64,000 bases of DNA from Bdellovibrionales bacterium (GCA_947502835.1 CANNBJ010000005.1:40429-104428), one strand, 5' to 3'; counted from the stretch's first letter, positions 1 to 10,921 are shown. Translations and numbers: made by a program. Notes: generated by a model from the sequence alone, not told the origin.

Positions 1-748
1 ACGGAATTCCCCTCAGGTATTCAGCCGCCTGGTCGTAAGAGTCTCCCTCGGGAAACAGGCGTTGGATTTCGATGAACTTGGAACGTGCCTCGTCATAGCG
101 CTTTTGCCGGATGAGGGTTTTCCCCAAGGCAATGTGGGCCTCGCTGATTCCGGAACAGGCCCCCTTGGTTGCCAAGGTAAGGTTTCGCGCAGCTTTCCCG
201 AGCTCGTTGCGTTCCAGCATGATCTTTCCGAGATAGAATTGCGCCATGCAGGTGACCGTCCCGCCCTCCGCAATCGCCTGGTTGAGCCACTTCTCCGATT
301 CCGGAAAATTCGACTTTTTGAAATACAGGATCCCGAGGTTGATTTTGGGAAGAACGCTCTCGCGATAGAGAATGTCAGCGGCGGCCGCCTTCAGGAGTGT
401 CTCGGACTCCTGAAGCTTTCCCTGGTCGAGCAGGACCTTCCCCAGAGTGTTTTTTGCAGCCGTGAATTTCGGATCGAGTCGGAGTGCAGTTCTGGCAGAG
501 GCTTCGGCAAGTGCGAGTTCATTCTTGCCAAGGTAGGCAAGGGCATACAGGTAGTGCTCCTGGGGAATCGAATCATCGAGCTCTTCGACCCGTTTCAGGG
601 CCTCCAGCGCGCTGATGTGATCCTTGTCGTTCACTGCGGCCGCCGCGATTTTCATCAAGCCGTCGATCTTTTCCTGTTTACTCAGGGTGCGGGGGGCGTT
701 CGGGGAGCTTGCGCACGCTGACATCAAAAGCAGGATGGCTGCGGGCAT
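1..748 (-). CDS. TPR-repeat lipoprotein (5' partial at window edge; start ATG complement at 746-748)
   Basis: By-eye reverse-complement translation gives MPAAILLLMSACASSP... (signal peptide with lipobox-like LMSAC) followed by repeated ~34-aa helical TPR-like units (…YLYALAYLGKNELALAEA…). Not in the ORF track because it runs off the window edge. Confidence 0.6.
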   Translation of the reverse strand, partial: MPAAILLLMSACASSPNAPRTLSKQEKIDGLMKIAAAAVNDKDHISALEALKRVEELDDSIPQEHYLYALAYLGKNELALAEASARTALRLDPKFTAAKNTLGKVLLDQGKLQESETLLKAAAADILYRESVLPKINLGILYFKKSNFPESEKWLNQAIAEGGTVTCMAQFYLGKIMLERNELGKAARNLTLATKGACSGISEAHIALGKTLIRQKRYDEARSKFIEIQRLFPEGDSYDQAAEYLRGIP

Positions 749-801
749 GAAGCGATTCAAACCCAGTTTTTGCCGAAAATTCATACCGGCGACTCTACCG
801 C

Positions 802-1986
802 TTACCGGGAGAAAAGTGCAAGGGATTCAACATGGGGAGTTTGCGGGAAAAGGTCCAAAACGCCCATTCGAACCAGTCGGTACCCGTGTTTCAGGAACTG
901 GTTGGAATCCCGGATGAAGGAATCCACTTCACAGCCGACCAGGATCAGGGTTGAGATTTCGGTGTGTTTCAACTTTTCGCACAATGCGCGGGAATGGGGC
1001 CCCATTCCCTCCCGTGGCGGATCAAGAATCAGAGATACGGAGCCGCCGGAGATCTCGGAAGAAAGCGGGGACAGGACCCACTTCTCGATGGGTTGGCGGA
1101 TGAAGTGAAAGTGATCGGGGGTGCTCGCGGGACGCTCCTTCGGGGTGAAGAGATCAATGCATTCAACCCGTTTGAACCGGTTTGCGATTGGAAGACTCAG
1201 GTTCCCCGAGCCCCCATAGATGTCGAGCAGGGCGTCTGCATTTGAAATGTGGGAGGCGACCCACTGTTGAAGCTTGGCGTTCTGTGCATCGTTCACCTGG
1301 CGGAAACCGAAAGCCGCGTGGCGACGGTTCCATGCGGGGCGCACCGTTCCTTCTGGGGAAAGATCGAGTTCGAGCTTGAAATCGCCCCTGAAGTTCTGAA
1401 ACCCCTGCTCCCGAAGGTGAGGGAGTGTTTCGTTGATCCGGGAGTCTGCGATCGCACATTTTCCGATATCGACGATTTTTTTCGAGCCCGGCTCGAAGAA
1501 GCCCAGCACGCGGTCGTCGGTGTTTCCGTGAAGTTGGATCCGGTTGCGATAGTGATACGGGTGTTCGGCCGGGAGCTCGTCCACCGGAATCGAATCCGCT
1601 TGGATGCCCGCCCGTCCGAGGGCGTGCAGAAGTCCTTTTTTCTTGGTTTCGAATTGAAGCGGGTACGGGATGTGTTGCCAGCTGCACCCGCCGCACTTTG
1701 TGAATGCGGGGCATTCGGGATTTGCCCTGAGGGAGGATCTTCGGATCCACTCCAGTGCTTCGCCCTGGCAATAGTTCTTCTTTCGATCGATGATTCGCAC
1801 GCGAACCTGATCGCCGGGTGCCGAAAAGGGGACGAACACGATCTCGCCGGACTCGAGGCGCCCTACACCGGACCCTCCTCGGGAGAGGTCATGAATGTCG
1901 ATGATGAAATCTTCCACGGGTGGGGTACCGGGGGTGCCGATCAGTGGAGACAAAGGGATTCGTAGCGGAACTCGGGATGCACCCAC
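802..1986 (-). CDS. rlmD: 23S rRNA (uracil-5-)-methyltransferase RlmD/RumA family (TRAM + 4Fe-4S + SAM MTase)
   Basis: TRAM domain near the N-terminus. Cys cluster CPAFTKCGGC is typical of RumA. Class I MTase C-terminus (DLFPQTPHVE). True start is probably the internal GTG at 1917, which avoids the overlap with the upstream gene. Confidence 0.8.
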   Translation of the reverse strand: MGASRVPLRIPLSPLIGTPGTPPVEDFIIDIHDLSRGGSGVGRLESGEIVFVPFSAPGDQVRVRIIDRKKNYCQGEALEWIRRSSLRANPECPAFTKCGGCSWQHIPYPLQFETKKKGLLHALGRAGIQADSIPVDELPAEHPYHYRNRIQLHGNTDDRVLGFFEPGSKKIVDIGKCAIADSRINETLPHLREQGFQNFRGDFKLELDLSPEGTVRPAWNRRHAAFGFRQVNDAQNAKLQQWVASHISNADALLDIYGGSGNLSLPIANRFKRVECIDLFTPKERPASTPDHFHFIRQPIEKWVLSPLSSEISGGSVSLILDPPREGMGPHSRALCEKLKHTEISTLILVGCEVDSFIRDSNQFLKHGYRLVRMGVLDLFPQTPHVESLALFSR

Positions 1987-2312
1987 CGTGTGCAGGTGCC
2001 GGATTCGCTTCTTTCATTGGAGGCGGCGATGTCGCGGCCGCTCAGTTCCCCGGAACGGACCACTGTGCCCTCATTGAAGTCCACGAAGGTGTTGCGTCCC
2101 TGATTTTCGGATTTTCGGAACTCGTAGATCCAGCGGTCAAAACTGTCCTGATGAATCACGGAGTCGGGATGTCCGAGGAGGGAGAGGACTCGCTGTTGGC
2201 TCATGCCCTTTTCGAGGCGGGCGAGGTTTTCCCGGTTCTCGGCCCCGAGGAAAGTCGAGCACGCGGAGAGCAGGGTTCCTGTCAAAAAAAGGACTGCAAG
2301 TTTCTGTTTCAT
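1941..2312 (-). CDS. bamE: BamE/SmpA-OmlA-like outer-membrane lipoprotein
   Basis: Signal peptide + lipobox (LLSAC). [16 protein letters not shown] motif characteristic of the SmpA/OmlA family. Confidence 0.6.
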   Translation of the reverse strand: MKQKLAVLFLTGTLLSACSTFLGAENRENLARLEKGMSQQRVLSLLGHPDSVIHQDSFDRWIYEFRKSENQGRNTFVDFNEGTVVRSGELSGRDIAASNERSESGTCTRWVHPEFRYESLCLH

Positions 2313-2505
2313 GGAGTCACCATCCTTCTCTTATTATACGGCTGCCGCAAAGCACATGTTAAGGGAATTCGGCCGCTTCACGCCTTTTTTATATTTTTGC
2401 TATGTAAAAAATTCATTTCCCGGGGAATGGGGCCCTGCGCGAGGCGGACGATTTCGGGGGTGGCATTTGAATGCGCTTCCTGATAGTTTGCGGAAGAGCC
2501 ATCTC

Positions 2506-4302
2506 ATGTCAAAAAACATTCGAAATTTCTGCATTATCGCCCACATTGACCACGGCAAGTCCACGCTGGCGGACCGCCTTCTGGAAAAGACGGGCACCGT
2601 GACCGCTCGTGAGATGGAGGCGCAGTTCCTCGACAACATGGACCTGGAGCGTGAGCGGGGCATCACCATCAAGGCGCAGAGCGTCCGCCTCAAGTACAAG
2701 GCAAAAGACGGCAAAGAATACATTCTGAACCTGATCGACACCCCCGGGCATGTGGACTTCACCTACGAAGTTTCCCGCTCCCTTGCTGCCTGTGAGGGAG
2801 CCATTCTCGTGGTGGATGCAACCCAGGGCGTTGAAGCCCAGACCCTCGCCAACGTCTTCCTTGCCCTTGAGAACAATCTTGAGGTGTTTCCTGTCATCAA
2901 CAAGATTGATCTTCCTTCTGCGGACCCGGAAAAGGTGAAAAAAGAAGTCGAGGACACCATCGGTCTTGTGGATGTGTCCCGCTCGGTGCTCGCGAGTGCC
3001 AAGTCCGGAATCGGGATCGAGGATGTCCTGGAGGCAGTGGTGAAGTATGTGCCCCCGCCGCCGGATGATGATGCGGGAAAGATGCGCGCACTCATCTTCG
3101 ACAGCTGGTTTGATCCGTACCAAGGGGTGATTGCATTGATCCGTGTGTTCAACGGGGTGATCAAGCCCGGGATGAAGATCAAGCTGTTTCACGTGGGCAA
3201 GGAGTACGAGGTCCAGAAGATTGGGGTTTTTGCCCCGAAATACAAGGACGCTGAGCAGCTCGCAAGCGGCGAAGTGGGCGCAATCATTTGCGGCATCAAA
3301 GATGTGCGCGACATGAAGGTGGGCGATACCGTGATGTCGGCGCATGATCCGGTGGATCAGCCTTTGTCGGGTTTCTCCGAAGCAAAGCCCATGGTGTTTT
3401 GCGGCGTGTATCCGGTGGAATCCGAGAATTACCAGGACCTGAAAGAGGCCCTCGAAAAACTCAAGCTCAATGATTCCGCGATTGCGTTCGAGCCGGAAAC
3501 CTCGAATGCGCTCGGGTTCGGCTTTCGGTGCGGGTTCCTCGGTCTTCTGCACATGGACGTTGTGCAGGAGCGCCTTGAGCGCGAGTACGGGTTGAACATC
3601 ATCACCACGGCTCCTTCCGTGGTCTACCGGGTGACGAAGACCGATGGCGAAGTGATCATGGTCGAAAACCCCGCGAAACTTCCCGACCAAGTGAAGATTC
3701 TCACCATCGAAGAGCCCTACATCCGGCTCAGCATCCACATGCCGGCCGAGTATGTCGGCGTGGTCATGGCACTTTGCAATGATCGCCGGGGGATTCAGGA
3801 GAAGCTCGATTTCATCACGAGTGACCGGGTGACGCTGGTGTATCATTTGCCGCTGGCGGAGATGGTGTTTGATTTTTACGACAAGCTGAAGAGCTGCACC
3901 CGCGGGTATGCATCCATGGATTACGCTCTTCTTGATTATCGCGCATCAGAGCTTGTGAAAATGGACATTCTCATCAACAGCGATCCTGTGGATGCGCTTT
4001 CCCTCATCATTCACAAGGACAAGGCTCATGTGCGCGGGCGCGAGCTTGCGAAGAAAATGAAGGAATTGATTGAACGCCAGATGTTCGAGATTGCGATTCA
4101 GGCTGCGATCGGAGCGAAGATCGTCGCCCGCGAAACCATTTCGGCCTATCGGAAGAATGTGACTGCCAAGTGTTATGGTGGCGACATCTCCCGGAAGAGA
4201 AAACTCCTCGAAAAGCAAAAAGAGGGGAAGAAGCGAATGAAGCAGGTGGGTGCGGTGGAGATTCCTCAAGAGGCGTTCCTGGCGGTTCTCAAGGTGGATT
4301 GA
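2506..4302 (+). CDS. lepA: Elongation factor 4 (LepA)
   Basis: [27 protein letters not shown]1 motif. LepA-specific C-terminus. ATG at 2506 within the longer ORF. Confidence 0.95.
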   Translation: MSKNIRNFCIIAHIDHGKSTLADRLLEKTGTVTAREMEAQFLDNMDLERERGITIKAQSVRLKYKAKDGKEYILNLIDTPGHVDFTYEVSRSLAACEGAILVVDATQGVEAQTLANVFLALENNLEVFPVINKIDLPSADPEKVKKEVEDTIGLVDVSRSVLASAKSGIGIEDVLEAVVKYVPPPPDDDAGKMRALIFDSWFDPYQGVIALIRVFNGVIKPGMKIKLFHVGKEYEVQKIGVFAPKYKDAEQLASGEVGAIICGIKDVRDMKVGDTVMSAHDPVDQPLSGFSEAKPMVFCGVYPVESENYQDLKEALEKLKLNDSAIAFEPETSNALGFGFRCGFLGLLHMDVVQERLEREYGLNIITTAPSVVYRVTKTDGEVIMVENPAKLPDQVKILTIEEPYIRLSIHMPAEYVGVVMALCNDRRGIQEKLDFITSDRVTLVYHLPLAEMVFDFYDKLKSCTRGYASMDYALLDYRASELVKMDILINSDPVDALSLIIHKDKAHVRGRELAKKMKELIERQMFEIAIQAAIGAKIVARETISAYRKNVTAKCYGGDISRKRKLLEKQKEGKKRMKQVGAVEIPQEAFLAVLKVD

Positions 4303-4305
4303 TCC

Positions 4306-5823
4306 ATGGCACGAACGTATTTGATCCCGTTCGTGCTCCTGTTTTTCCTGAAAACGGTTCTTGCTGCAGTATTCCCTGTTTTCGGGGATGAGGCCTACTA
4401 TGTTTATTGGGGCAGCAATCCTTCGGGAGGCTTCTATGATCTTCCCCCGATGATCGGATGGTGGCTTGCCCCGCTTCTCAAGGTCTCGGCCCATCCCCTC
4501 TGGATCCGCATGGGGAGTCTCCTTGCACCGGTTCTGATTTCGATTGGAATCCATGAGTGGCTCTTGAAGCCCAAGGGCCGGGAAATTTCATCCCTGGGAG
4601 CGCTCCTGTTTTTTGCGTTTCCGCTTCCGTTTCTGACGGTTCTCTCGTTCCCCGATGTACCCCTTCTGTTTTTCAGTTTCTTTTCGGCTCTTTTGTTTCA
4701 TGCGGGTGTCACCCGGCAGAAAAATTTTTTCAGTCCGATGCTGATGATGGCAGGGTCCCTCTTTGGGGCTGCGTTTCTTTCAAAATATTTCGCTGCATTC
4801 CTCCTTCCAGCGTTCGTTCTCTGGGCCTGGCCTCGGTCCGCGCACCGTGCGGGTTCCGTGCTCTCTTTTTTCGCCGGTGCCGCTCCCTTCCTGTTCCAAC
4901 ACATCCTTTGGAATGAGCGGAATTGTCGCGCGAATGCCATTTTCAATCTGGTGACGCGGCAACGCGTTTTTGAAGGTTCTCCGGTTGAAACCACGGGATT
5001 CCTTCTGCTGCATCTGGCTTTGGTTTCCTTCACGGTGCTTCCATTCCTCGAATGGCGCAAGGGCCGCGGAGGGGAGCGGAGTTCCGACCCGCAATCCTTT
5101 TTGTTTCTTCTGTGGTTTGTTCCCGTCCTCATTTTCCTGATCACCGCGGTTCTTGGTCGTGGCCAGGGGCTGCACTGGCTTTTGTTCCTGACTCCGTTTT
5201 TCTCTGCATGGGCGGCCTGCAAATTGGAAAGGGTCCGGCTCAGGCGTGCTTTTCTTTTGTCCGCGTTTGTTGCGGCGACCTTGGCCTCAGTGGTCAGTGT
5301 CTCCTTTTTGATGCCGGAGAGGTTTGTGCACCCGGAAGTGAAGCAAAGATTTGCATTTGAATTCGGGGTGATCACGGGCGCTCCGGAGTTCGTCCCTCAA
5401 ATCGAGGCTCAGACGGAGGGATCCTCCGCGCTGTTGTTTCAAAGTTATGGTCTGGCCTCGCTTGTCCATTACGAGTTTCTCCGCTTCGGAAACCCCGGAC
5501 GGACTCCCGCTTTCGGGGTCGCGATGAGCGGATCGAGGTTTGGGCGGGTGTTTGATTTCACGACCGACTGGGCGGAGTTGGAGGGGAAAACAGTCTCCAT
5601 CATCAAAACGGGTCATCCGGAATCCGCAAAGTTTGCACCTTATTTCAGGAGCGTCAAAGAGGGCCGGTCTTTCTTCAGGGGCGCGGCGTACTCGGTGCTC
5701 ACGGGCGAGGGATTTGATGCTCGCAAGTTCTGGGGGGAGCGGGTCCTGCCGGAGCTTGAGGAATTTTATCCCTCCGGTTTTGCCGGAGCCTGCCGATTGA
5801 AGGAGGTGTTCCGTGCCCCATGA
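4306..5823 (+). CDS. GT39/GT83 (ArnT/PMT-like) polytopic glycosyltransferase with extra C-terminal soluble domain
   Basis: Multi-TM N-terminal region with the GDEAYYVYWG (DE…YY) motif of the ArnT/PMT_2 family. ~200 aa non-TM C-terminal region. Confidence 0.6.
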   Translation: MARTYLIPFVLLFFLKTVLAAVFPVFGDEAYYVYWGSNPSGGFYDLPPMIGWWLAPLLKVSAHPLWIRMGSLLAPVLISIGIHEWLLKPKGREISSLGALLFFAFPLPFLTVLSFPDVPLLFFSFFSALLFHAGVTRQKNFFSPMLMMAGSLFGAAFLSKYFAAFLLPAFVLWAWPRSAHRAGSVLSFFAGAAPFLFQHILWNERNCRANAIFNLVTRQRVFEGSPVETTGFLLLHLALVSFTVLPFLEWRKGRGGERSSDPQSFLFLLWFVPVLIFLITAVLGRGQGLHWLLFLTPFFSAWAACKLERVRLRRAFLLSAFVAATLASVVSVSFLMPERFVHPEVKQRFAFEFGVITGAPEFVPQIEAQTEGSSALLFQSYGLASLVHYEFLRFGNPGRTPAFGVAMSGSRFGRVFDFTTDWAELEGKTVSIIKTGHPESAKFAPYFRSVKEGRSFFRGAAYSVLTGEGFDARKFWGERVLPELEEFYPSGFAGACRLKEVFRAP

Positions 5824-6565
5824 GTTGCTCCTGGTGTTCGCAGGTCTTGTGGCCGGGACCATCGACAGCATTGCTGGAGGAGGAGGCCTCATCACGCTTC
5901 CGGTATTGTCCACGGTGCTGGAGGCAGGGCCTCATGCCATTGGAACCAACAAGATTGTCGGCACCACGGGAGCGTTGATTGCGTTTCTGGTCTACCTGAG
6001 AAAGCAGCCATTGAATTTGCAACGGGGGCTGGCCTTTGTCATCGCCGTGGGGTTCGGAGCTCTTTTGGGCTCGTTGTGTTCTCCCCTCGTGCCCAAGATC
6101 TGGTTTCGCTACTTGCTTGTGGGCGCCTGTCCGCTTGTGCTTTGGGTAATCTGGAAGAAACAGGATTTCCTGAACGAACTCAAGGGCCACGCCAAGCGCA
6201 GCGTGTACGCGCTTGTGGTGGCAGGTGCCGCGGTCGGATTTTATGATGGTTTTTTCGGCCCCGGTGGGGGGACGTTCATGTTGATCGGATTGATTTGGGG
6301 AGTCAGGTTGCCCTTGTTCGAGGCGCTCATGCTCTCCAAGCTTGCCAATACACTTTCGGCCGGGGTGTCTCTGGTCTCGTACGGAGTTCAGGGGTATGTC
6401 CATCCGCGCTTCGGGATCATCATGGCAATCGGAATGGTTTCGGGCGGGTATCTGGGGGCCCAGCTCGCCTCCAAGAAGGCCGAAAAAGTGGTGCAGCCCG
6501 TGCTGGTGCTCGTGGTGTCCATCCTGATGGTGGTTCAGGTCTTCGAAGTCCTACATTCCCGTTGA
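5813..6565 (+). CDS. TauE/SafE (DUF81) family anion exporter
   Basis: Polytopic membrane protein. GGGGLITLPVL and FFGPGGGTFM duplicated motifs typical of TauE/SafE. Confidence 0.75.
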   Translation: MPHELLLVFAGLVAGTIDSIAGGGGLITLPVLSTVLEAGPHAIGTNKIVGTTGALIAFLVYLRKQPLNLQRGLAFVIAVGFGALLGSLCSPLVPKIWFRYLLVGACPLVLWVIWKKQDFLNELKGHAKRSVYALVVAGAAVGFYDGFFGPGGGTFMLIGLIWGVRLPLFEALMLSKLANTLSAGVSLVSYGVQGYVHPRFGIIMAIGMVSGGYLGAQLASKKAEKVVQPVLVLVVSILMVVQVFEVLHSR

Positions 6566-6611
6566 GTTTCCGGCGTGAAAACGGTAGCTTCAAGCTCCGG
6601 GAGGTTTTCAG

Positions 6612-7547
6612 ATGTTCCCGGAACGCTTCAATGCAATACGCGGTCTTGATCCCGGGGTTCTCTGTTCCCTTTTGGCTCGTTCCTCCCGCATGAAATCCGA
6701 TCCGGGTTCTTTTTCCACGATCTTGAAAGGCAAGACGGTTCTTCAGTTTTTCGTCGAGAACTCAACACGCACCCGTCTTTCCTTTGAGTCCGCGACGCGA
6801 AGGCTCGGGGGAATGAGTCTTGCGTTCAGTCCATCGAGCTCGAGCCTCTCCAAAGGGGAAACCCTTGCAGATACCGTGAATGTGATTCGTCAATACGGGG
6901 TGGATGGAATCGTGGTTCGTCATCGCTCGATGGGCGCGCCCGATTTTCTGGCGGATGCAACAGGATTGCCGGTGATCAATGCGGGGGACGGGGCTCATGA
7001 GCACCCGACCCAAGCCTTGCTGGATGCGTTCACTCTTGGCGAATGCTGGGGTGTGGATTTCTCAAAAGCCGGAGCGTTTCGTAACCGGAAGATCATGATT
7101 TTGGGCGATCTCCGCCATTCGAGAGTCGCACGATCCAACATTCATCTTTTGACCGCGCTCGGGGCCGAGCTTCATCTTTGTGCGCCTGCAACCCTGGGCA
7201 TCCCTGATCTTGGATTGTTTCCACGGGTTCATGTCCATTCCTTCCCCGATGAGGGGATTCCCGAAATGGATGCAGTGATGACGCTTCGGCTGCAGACGGA
7301 AAGACAGAATCAAGGCGTGATTCCATCCCTCCCTGAATATCGCGAGTTCTGGGGGCTGACGGTTGAGCGCGCAAAACGAATGAAGACGGATTCGGTGATC
7401 CTTCACCCGGGGCCCGTGAATCGGGGAGTGGAGATCGATTCGGAAGTGGCCGACTCCGGGAGGTCCCTCATCTTGAAGCAAGTGGAGAACGGAATTTTTG
7501 CCCGCATGGCGGTGCTCGCCTCCGTGGTGGGAAGGATGGATTCATGA
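6612..7547 (+). CDS. pyrB: Aspartate carbamoyltransferase catalytic subunit
   Basis: ENSTRTRLSFE carbamoyl-phosphate-binding motif. HPTQALLD motif. Stop overlaps the downstream pyrC start. Confidence 0.9.
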   Translation: MFPERFNAIRGLDPGVLCSLLARSSRMKSDPGSFSTILKGKTVLQFFVENSTRTRLSFESATRRLGGMSLAFSPSSSSLSKGETLADTVNVIRQYGVDGIVVRHRSMGAPDFLADATGLPVINAGDGAHEHPTQALLDAFTLGECWGVDFSKAGAFRNRKIMILGDLRHSRVARSNIHLLTALGAELHLCAPATLGIPDLGLFPRVHVHSFPDEGIPEMDAVMTLRLQTERQNQGVIPSLPEYREFWGLTVERAKRMKTDSVILHPGPVNRGVEIDSEVADSGRSLILKQVENGIFARMAVLASVVGRMDS

Positions 7548-8842
7548 TCCGGATCGAGAATGGATTCGTGGTGGACCCCTCTCAAGGAGTGGAGGGAGAC
7601 TTTGACCTTCTGATCGAAGCGGGCAGGATCAAGGCTTTGGATCGCCCGGGGAGTTTTGCCGGTCTCACTGTGTCGGAATCCTTTGATGCACGCGGCAAGG
7701 TGATTGTTCCCGGGCTCATTGATGTGCACGTGCACCTGCGGGAGCCCGGTTTTGAACACAAGGAAACGGTGGCAAGCGGAAGTCGTGCGGCGATTCTTGG
7801 CGGCTTCACAAGCATTGCACCGATGGCGAACACCAGCCCTGTGAATGACCATCCCCTGATCACCGAGGCGATCTTGCACAAGGCCCGCGCGGCGGGGCAG
7901 GCAAGGGTTTTCCCGATTGGTGCAGTCACGAAGGGGCAAAAGGGTGTTGAGCTTGCCGAGATCGGACTCATGGCCCGAGCCGGGATCCGTGCGATCAGTG
8001 ATGATGGAATGCCTGTGATGAATTCCGCGCTCATGAGGCGCGCGATGGAATATGCGCGGATGTTTGATCTTCCGGTGATCAGTCACGCCGAGGACTCGAA
8101 TCTCTCGGGGGGCGCTCCGATGACAGAGGGTGCCGTTTCCTCGCTTTTGGGAGTTTCGGGAAATCCAAACGCGTCCGAGGAAATCATGGTTGCCCGCGAG
8201 ATCGCGCTTTGTCGCTTGACGGGTGCCCGGGTGCATATCGCACATCTTTCAACCCGAGAGGGCCTCGAGATTGTAAAACGTGCAAAGGAGGCCGGCCTTC
8301 CGGTCACTGCGGAAGTGACCCCGCACCATCTTCTGTTGGACGAGGGCTCCTGGCTCACTGGAAGGCATTCCTGTGCCCACCATCAGGTTCGTGCGGACTA
8401 CAAGATGGCGCCTCCGCTTCGCTCGGAGCAGGATCGTGAGGCACTCCTTCATGCACTGAACTCGGGACTCATCGACATGGTCGCATCCGATCACGCACCT
8501 CACGGGTGTGTGGACAAGGAGACCGAAATCGAGATTGCTGCAAACGGGATTCTTGGCTTGCAAACCACGGTTCCACTGCTGCTGGGTTTGGTGAATGCGA
8601 AACGGATGAAACTTTCGCGCATGGTGGAATCCCTTGCGACGGCACCGGCGAAATTGCTCGGACTTCAGGGGTTGGGAACGCTCAAGATTGGATCGCATGC
8701 CGATCTTGCGGTGCTTGATTTGAACGAGTCCTGGACGCTCATGCCAGGCGACCTTGTGTCGAAGAGCGGAAACACCCCGTTTGCGGGACGCACCTTTCAG
8801 GGAAAAGTTCTGCGAACCATGGTGGAAGGAGAATGGAAATGA
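7544..8842 (+). CDS. pyrC: Dihydroorotase
   Basis: DVHVHLREPG metal-binding HxH. Amidohydrolase-fold motifs (HAEDS, ASDHAPH). 4-bp overlap with pyrB. Overlaps carA. Confidence 0.85.
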   Translation: MIRIENGFVVDPSQGVEGDFDLLIEAGRIKALDRPGSFAGLTVSESFDARGKVIVPGLIDVHVHLREPGFEHKETVASGSRAAILGGFTSIAPMANTSPVNDHPLITEAILHKARAAGQARVFPIGAVTKGQKGVELAEIGLMARAGIRAISDDGMPVMNSALMRRAMEYARMFDLPVISHAEDSNLSGGAPMTEGAVSSLLGVSGNPNASEEIMVAREIALCRLTGARVHIAHLSTREGLEIVKRAKEAGLPVTAEVTPHHLLLDEGSWLTGRHSCAHHQVRADYKMAPPLRSEQDREALLHALNSGLIDMVASDHAPHGCVDKETEIEIAANGILGLQTTVPLLLGLVNAKRMKLSRMVESLATAPAKLLGLQGLGTLKIGSHADLAVLDLNESWTLMPGDLVSKSGNTPFAGRTFQGKVLRTMVEGEWK

Positions 8843-9963
8843 AGGGAATGGTGGTCTTGCCCGGTGCAGGGGATGCGGATGATCTGATCTTCGAGGGGGA
8901 ATTGTTCGGCGCCGTTTCGCCAGAGACCGGGAAGAACGTGGTTTTCGGAGAGCTGGTCTTCAACACCTCAATGACGGGCTACCAGGAGATCCTGACCGAT
9001 CCCTCCTACGCAGGGCAAATGGTGTGCTTTACCGCGGCACACATCGGTAACACGGGCGCAAATCCCGAGGATCTTGAGAGTGATTCCATCCGTGCAGAGG
9101 GAGTGATTCTTTCTCATTATTCCCCAAGGCCCTCAAACCACAGGTCGGTGGAACCTCTTCATGAGTTCCTGATGAGGCAGGGAAAGATCGGCATTCATGG
9201 TGTCGATACGCGAAGGCTCACGCTTGTGCTTCGGGATCGGGGCGTCTCTGCCGGAATGATTTTGCCTGCAGCCATGCGAGAGCGGTTGCCCGAGATGAAA
9301 AAAGAACTTCGCGGGAAGAATTACGGGAGCTTCGACTGGATCAAGTCGGTCACCACCGCGACTCCCTATGTTTATCCTGCGAGTCGCGCAGGGGGAGTGT
9401 CGCGGTTCAAGGTCGTTGCCTATGACTATGGCATCAAGGGGCAGTTGCTCAGGGACTTGGCTGCACGCGGGTGCGATTTAACAGTGGTTCCGGCTGATTT
9501 TCCGGCAGAGGAAGTCGAGAAAATGAAACCCGACGGAGTGTTTCTTTCGAATGGTCCGGGCGATCCCGAGCTTGCAACCTATGCGGTGAGGAATGTGAAG
9601 GCACTTCTTGGTCGAACACCCATCTTCGGGGTGTGCATGGGACATCAGATCCTCTCGCTTGCGATGGGGGGAAAGACCTACAAATTGAAATTCGGCCATC
9701 GCGGCGGAAACCAACCCGTGAAGAATCTCGGACCCGGCACAGTCGAGATCAGTTCTCACAATCACGGATATGCAGTGGATCCGGAATCCCTCCCGGATAC
9801 GGTGAAGCTCACGCACGTCAACCTGAATGATGGCTGCTGTGAGGGCATTTCCGTTCCTTCTCTCAATGCATTCTCGGTGCAATACCATCCGGAAAGTTCC
9901 CCCGGACCGCATGATTCAGGATATCTGTTCGATCGTTTCATCGGAATGATGGAGCAGAACTGA
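8833..9963 (+). CDS. carA: Carbamoyl-phosphate synthase small (glutaminase) subunit
   Basis: VFNTSMTGYQEILTDPSY N-domain. GATase triad region GVCMGHQIL. Confidence 0.9.
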   Translation: MEMKGMVVLPGAGDADDLIFEGELFGAVSPETGKNVVFGELVFNTSMTGYQEILTDPSYAGQMVCFTAAHIGNTGANPEDLESDSIRAEGVILSHYSPRPSNHRSVEPLHEFLMRQGKIGIHGVDTRRLTLVLRDRGVSAGMILPAAMRERLPEMKKELRGKNYGSFDWIKSVTTATPYVYPASRAGGVSRFKVVAYDYGIKGQLLRDLAARGCDLTVVPADFPAEEVEKMKPDGVFLSNGPGDPELATYAVRNVKALLGRTPIFGVCMGHQILSLAMGGKTYKLKFGHRGGNQPVKNLGPGTVEISSHNHGYAVDPESLPDTVKLTHVNLNDGCCEGISVPSLNAFSVQYHPESSPGPHDSGYLFDRFIGMMEQN

Positions 9964-10182
9964 ATGAATCACCAGTCCGTCGGCACGCTTCTTCTGGGCA
10001 TTGGTGCCCTTGCGGCCCTGGTCGGTGCGATCGTCTATTTTTTCGGGGACAAGCTCGGGTGGATCGGGCATCTGCCTGGCGACATCAGTTATCAGAATGG
10101 AAATTTCAGTTTTTATTTTCCGCTGACTACTCTCATTCTGGTGAATGCAATCATCTGGGTAGTCATCAAAATCTTCCGTTGA
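9964..10182 (+). CDS. DUF2905 small membrane protein
   Basis: 72 aa, two TM helices. GHLPGDISYQNGNFSFYFP motif typical of DUF2905. Confidence 0.6.
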   Translation: MNHQSVGTLLLGIGALAALVGAIVYFFGDKLGWIGHLPGDISYQNGNFSFYFPLTTLILVNAIIWVVIKIFR

Positions 10183-10225
10183 TCTTTTCAACCCGGCCCC
10201 GTTCGAGAATCATTATGGAAGGCGG

Positions 10226-10921
10226 TCAGAATTTCGAGTTGAACACATAGATGTGTTTCACATCGATGTGGGAGAAGCGCTGGTGCTTCAGTTTCATCTG
10301 GGCAAGCTGAAGGATGAGTTTCAAGTGGCGCGATTTTTCCTGGAATCTGATTTTTTTGATTTCTCCCAGGATGAATGAGCGCATTTCAACGGGGTGAAAG
10401 CAGAACCCTTGGGTGAAGTGCCACTTGCCTCCATGGGGAAAGATCCGTCCCTCGAAAAGATCCCCCTTTGAGAATGCGATCTTCTTCATCGGATTGATCA
10501 CCACATGTTTTTTTCTCGAAAACAAATCCTGGATCACGAGATTCTTGTTTCCGAACCACGTGAACCCGCTGACCATGAACAGGGAGTGGATCGAATTGGA
10601 GAGATCCTCGAAGACGACGCGGTCTTCGGGGGTGAAGTTAGCCTGTTTTTGACGGACAAAATACCGGATCGGAGGGAGGTCCACTCCCGGGAGGTCCCGA
10701 TCGAAAAGGTACCAGTCCATGAAGAGATTCATTCTTTGTTCAAACTCGGCATCATCCTCGTGGACCACGCCTGCGCGATCAAAAAACTCCTCCTTGGCCC
10801 TGAAGACTTCAGGGTAGTAGTCACCTGTGGTGAATTCCCGGATTACCGGTTCGAGTTTTTTCTGCATCTCTTCCGTCATCCCCGTAGCATTCCCGAATTC
10901 GGGGGCCTCCGCAACCCGCAA
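10226..10921 (-). CDS. Hypothetical cytoplasmic protein (probable start at MTEEM, ~10879)
   Basis: Long ORF with no recognised family. No signal peptide. Confidence 0.45.
   Translation of the reverse strand: MRVAEAPEFGNATGMTEEMQKKLEPVIREFTTGDYYPEVFRAKEEFFDRAGVVHEDDAEFEQRMNLFMDWYLFDRDLPGVDLPPIRYFVRQKQANFTPEDRVVFEDLSNSIHSLFMVSGFTWFGNKNLVIQDLFSRKKHVVINPMKKIAFSKGDLFEGRIFPHGGKWHFTQGFCFHPVEMRSFILGEIKKIRFQEKSRHLKLILQLAQMKLKHQRFSHIDVKHIYVFNSKF

Noticed and set aside
62-721. 219-aa plus-strand ORF at the window start
   Set aside because: It is antisense to a clear TPR-repeat lipoprotein gene on the minus strand, and its own translation is low-complexity with no features.
2509-3846. 445-aa minus-strand ORF, plus several other antisense ORFs inside lepA, rpoB (e.g. 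28019-29782, 26381-27370) and rpoC (e.g. 32852-33760)
   Set aside because: These are shadow ORFs antisense to highly conserved genes. Their translations are His/Arg/Leu-rich with no motifs.
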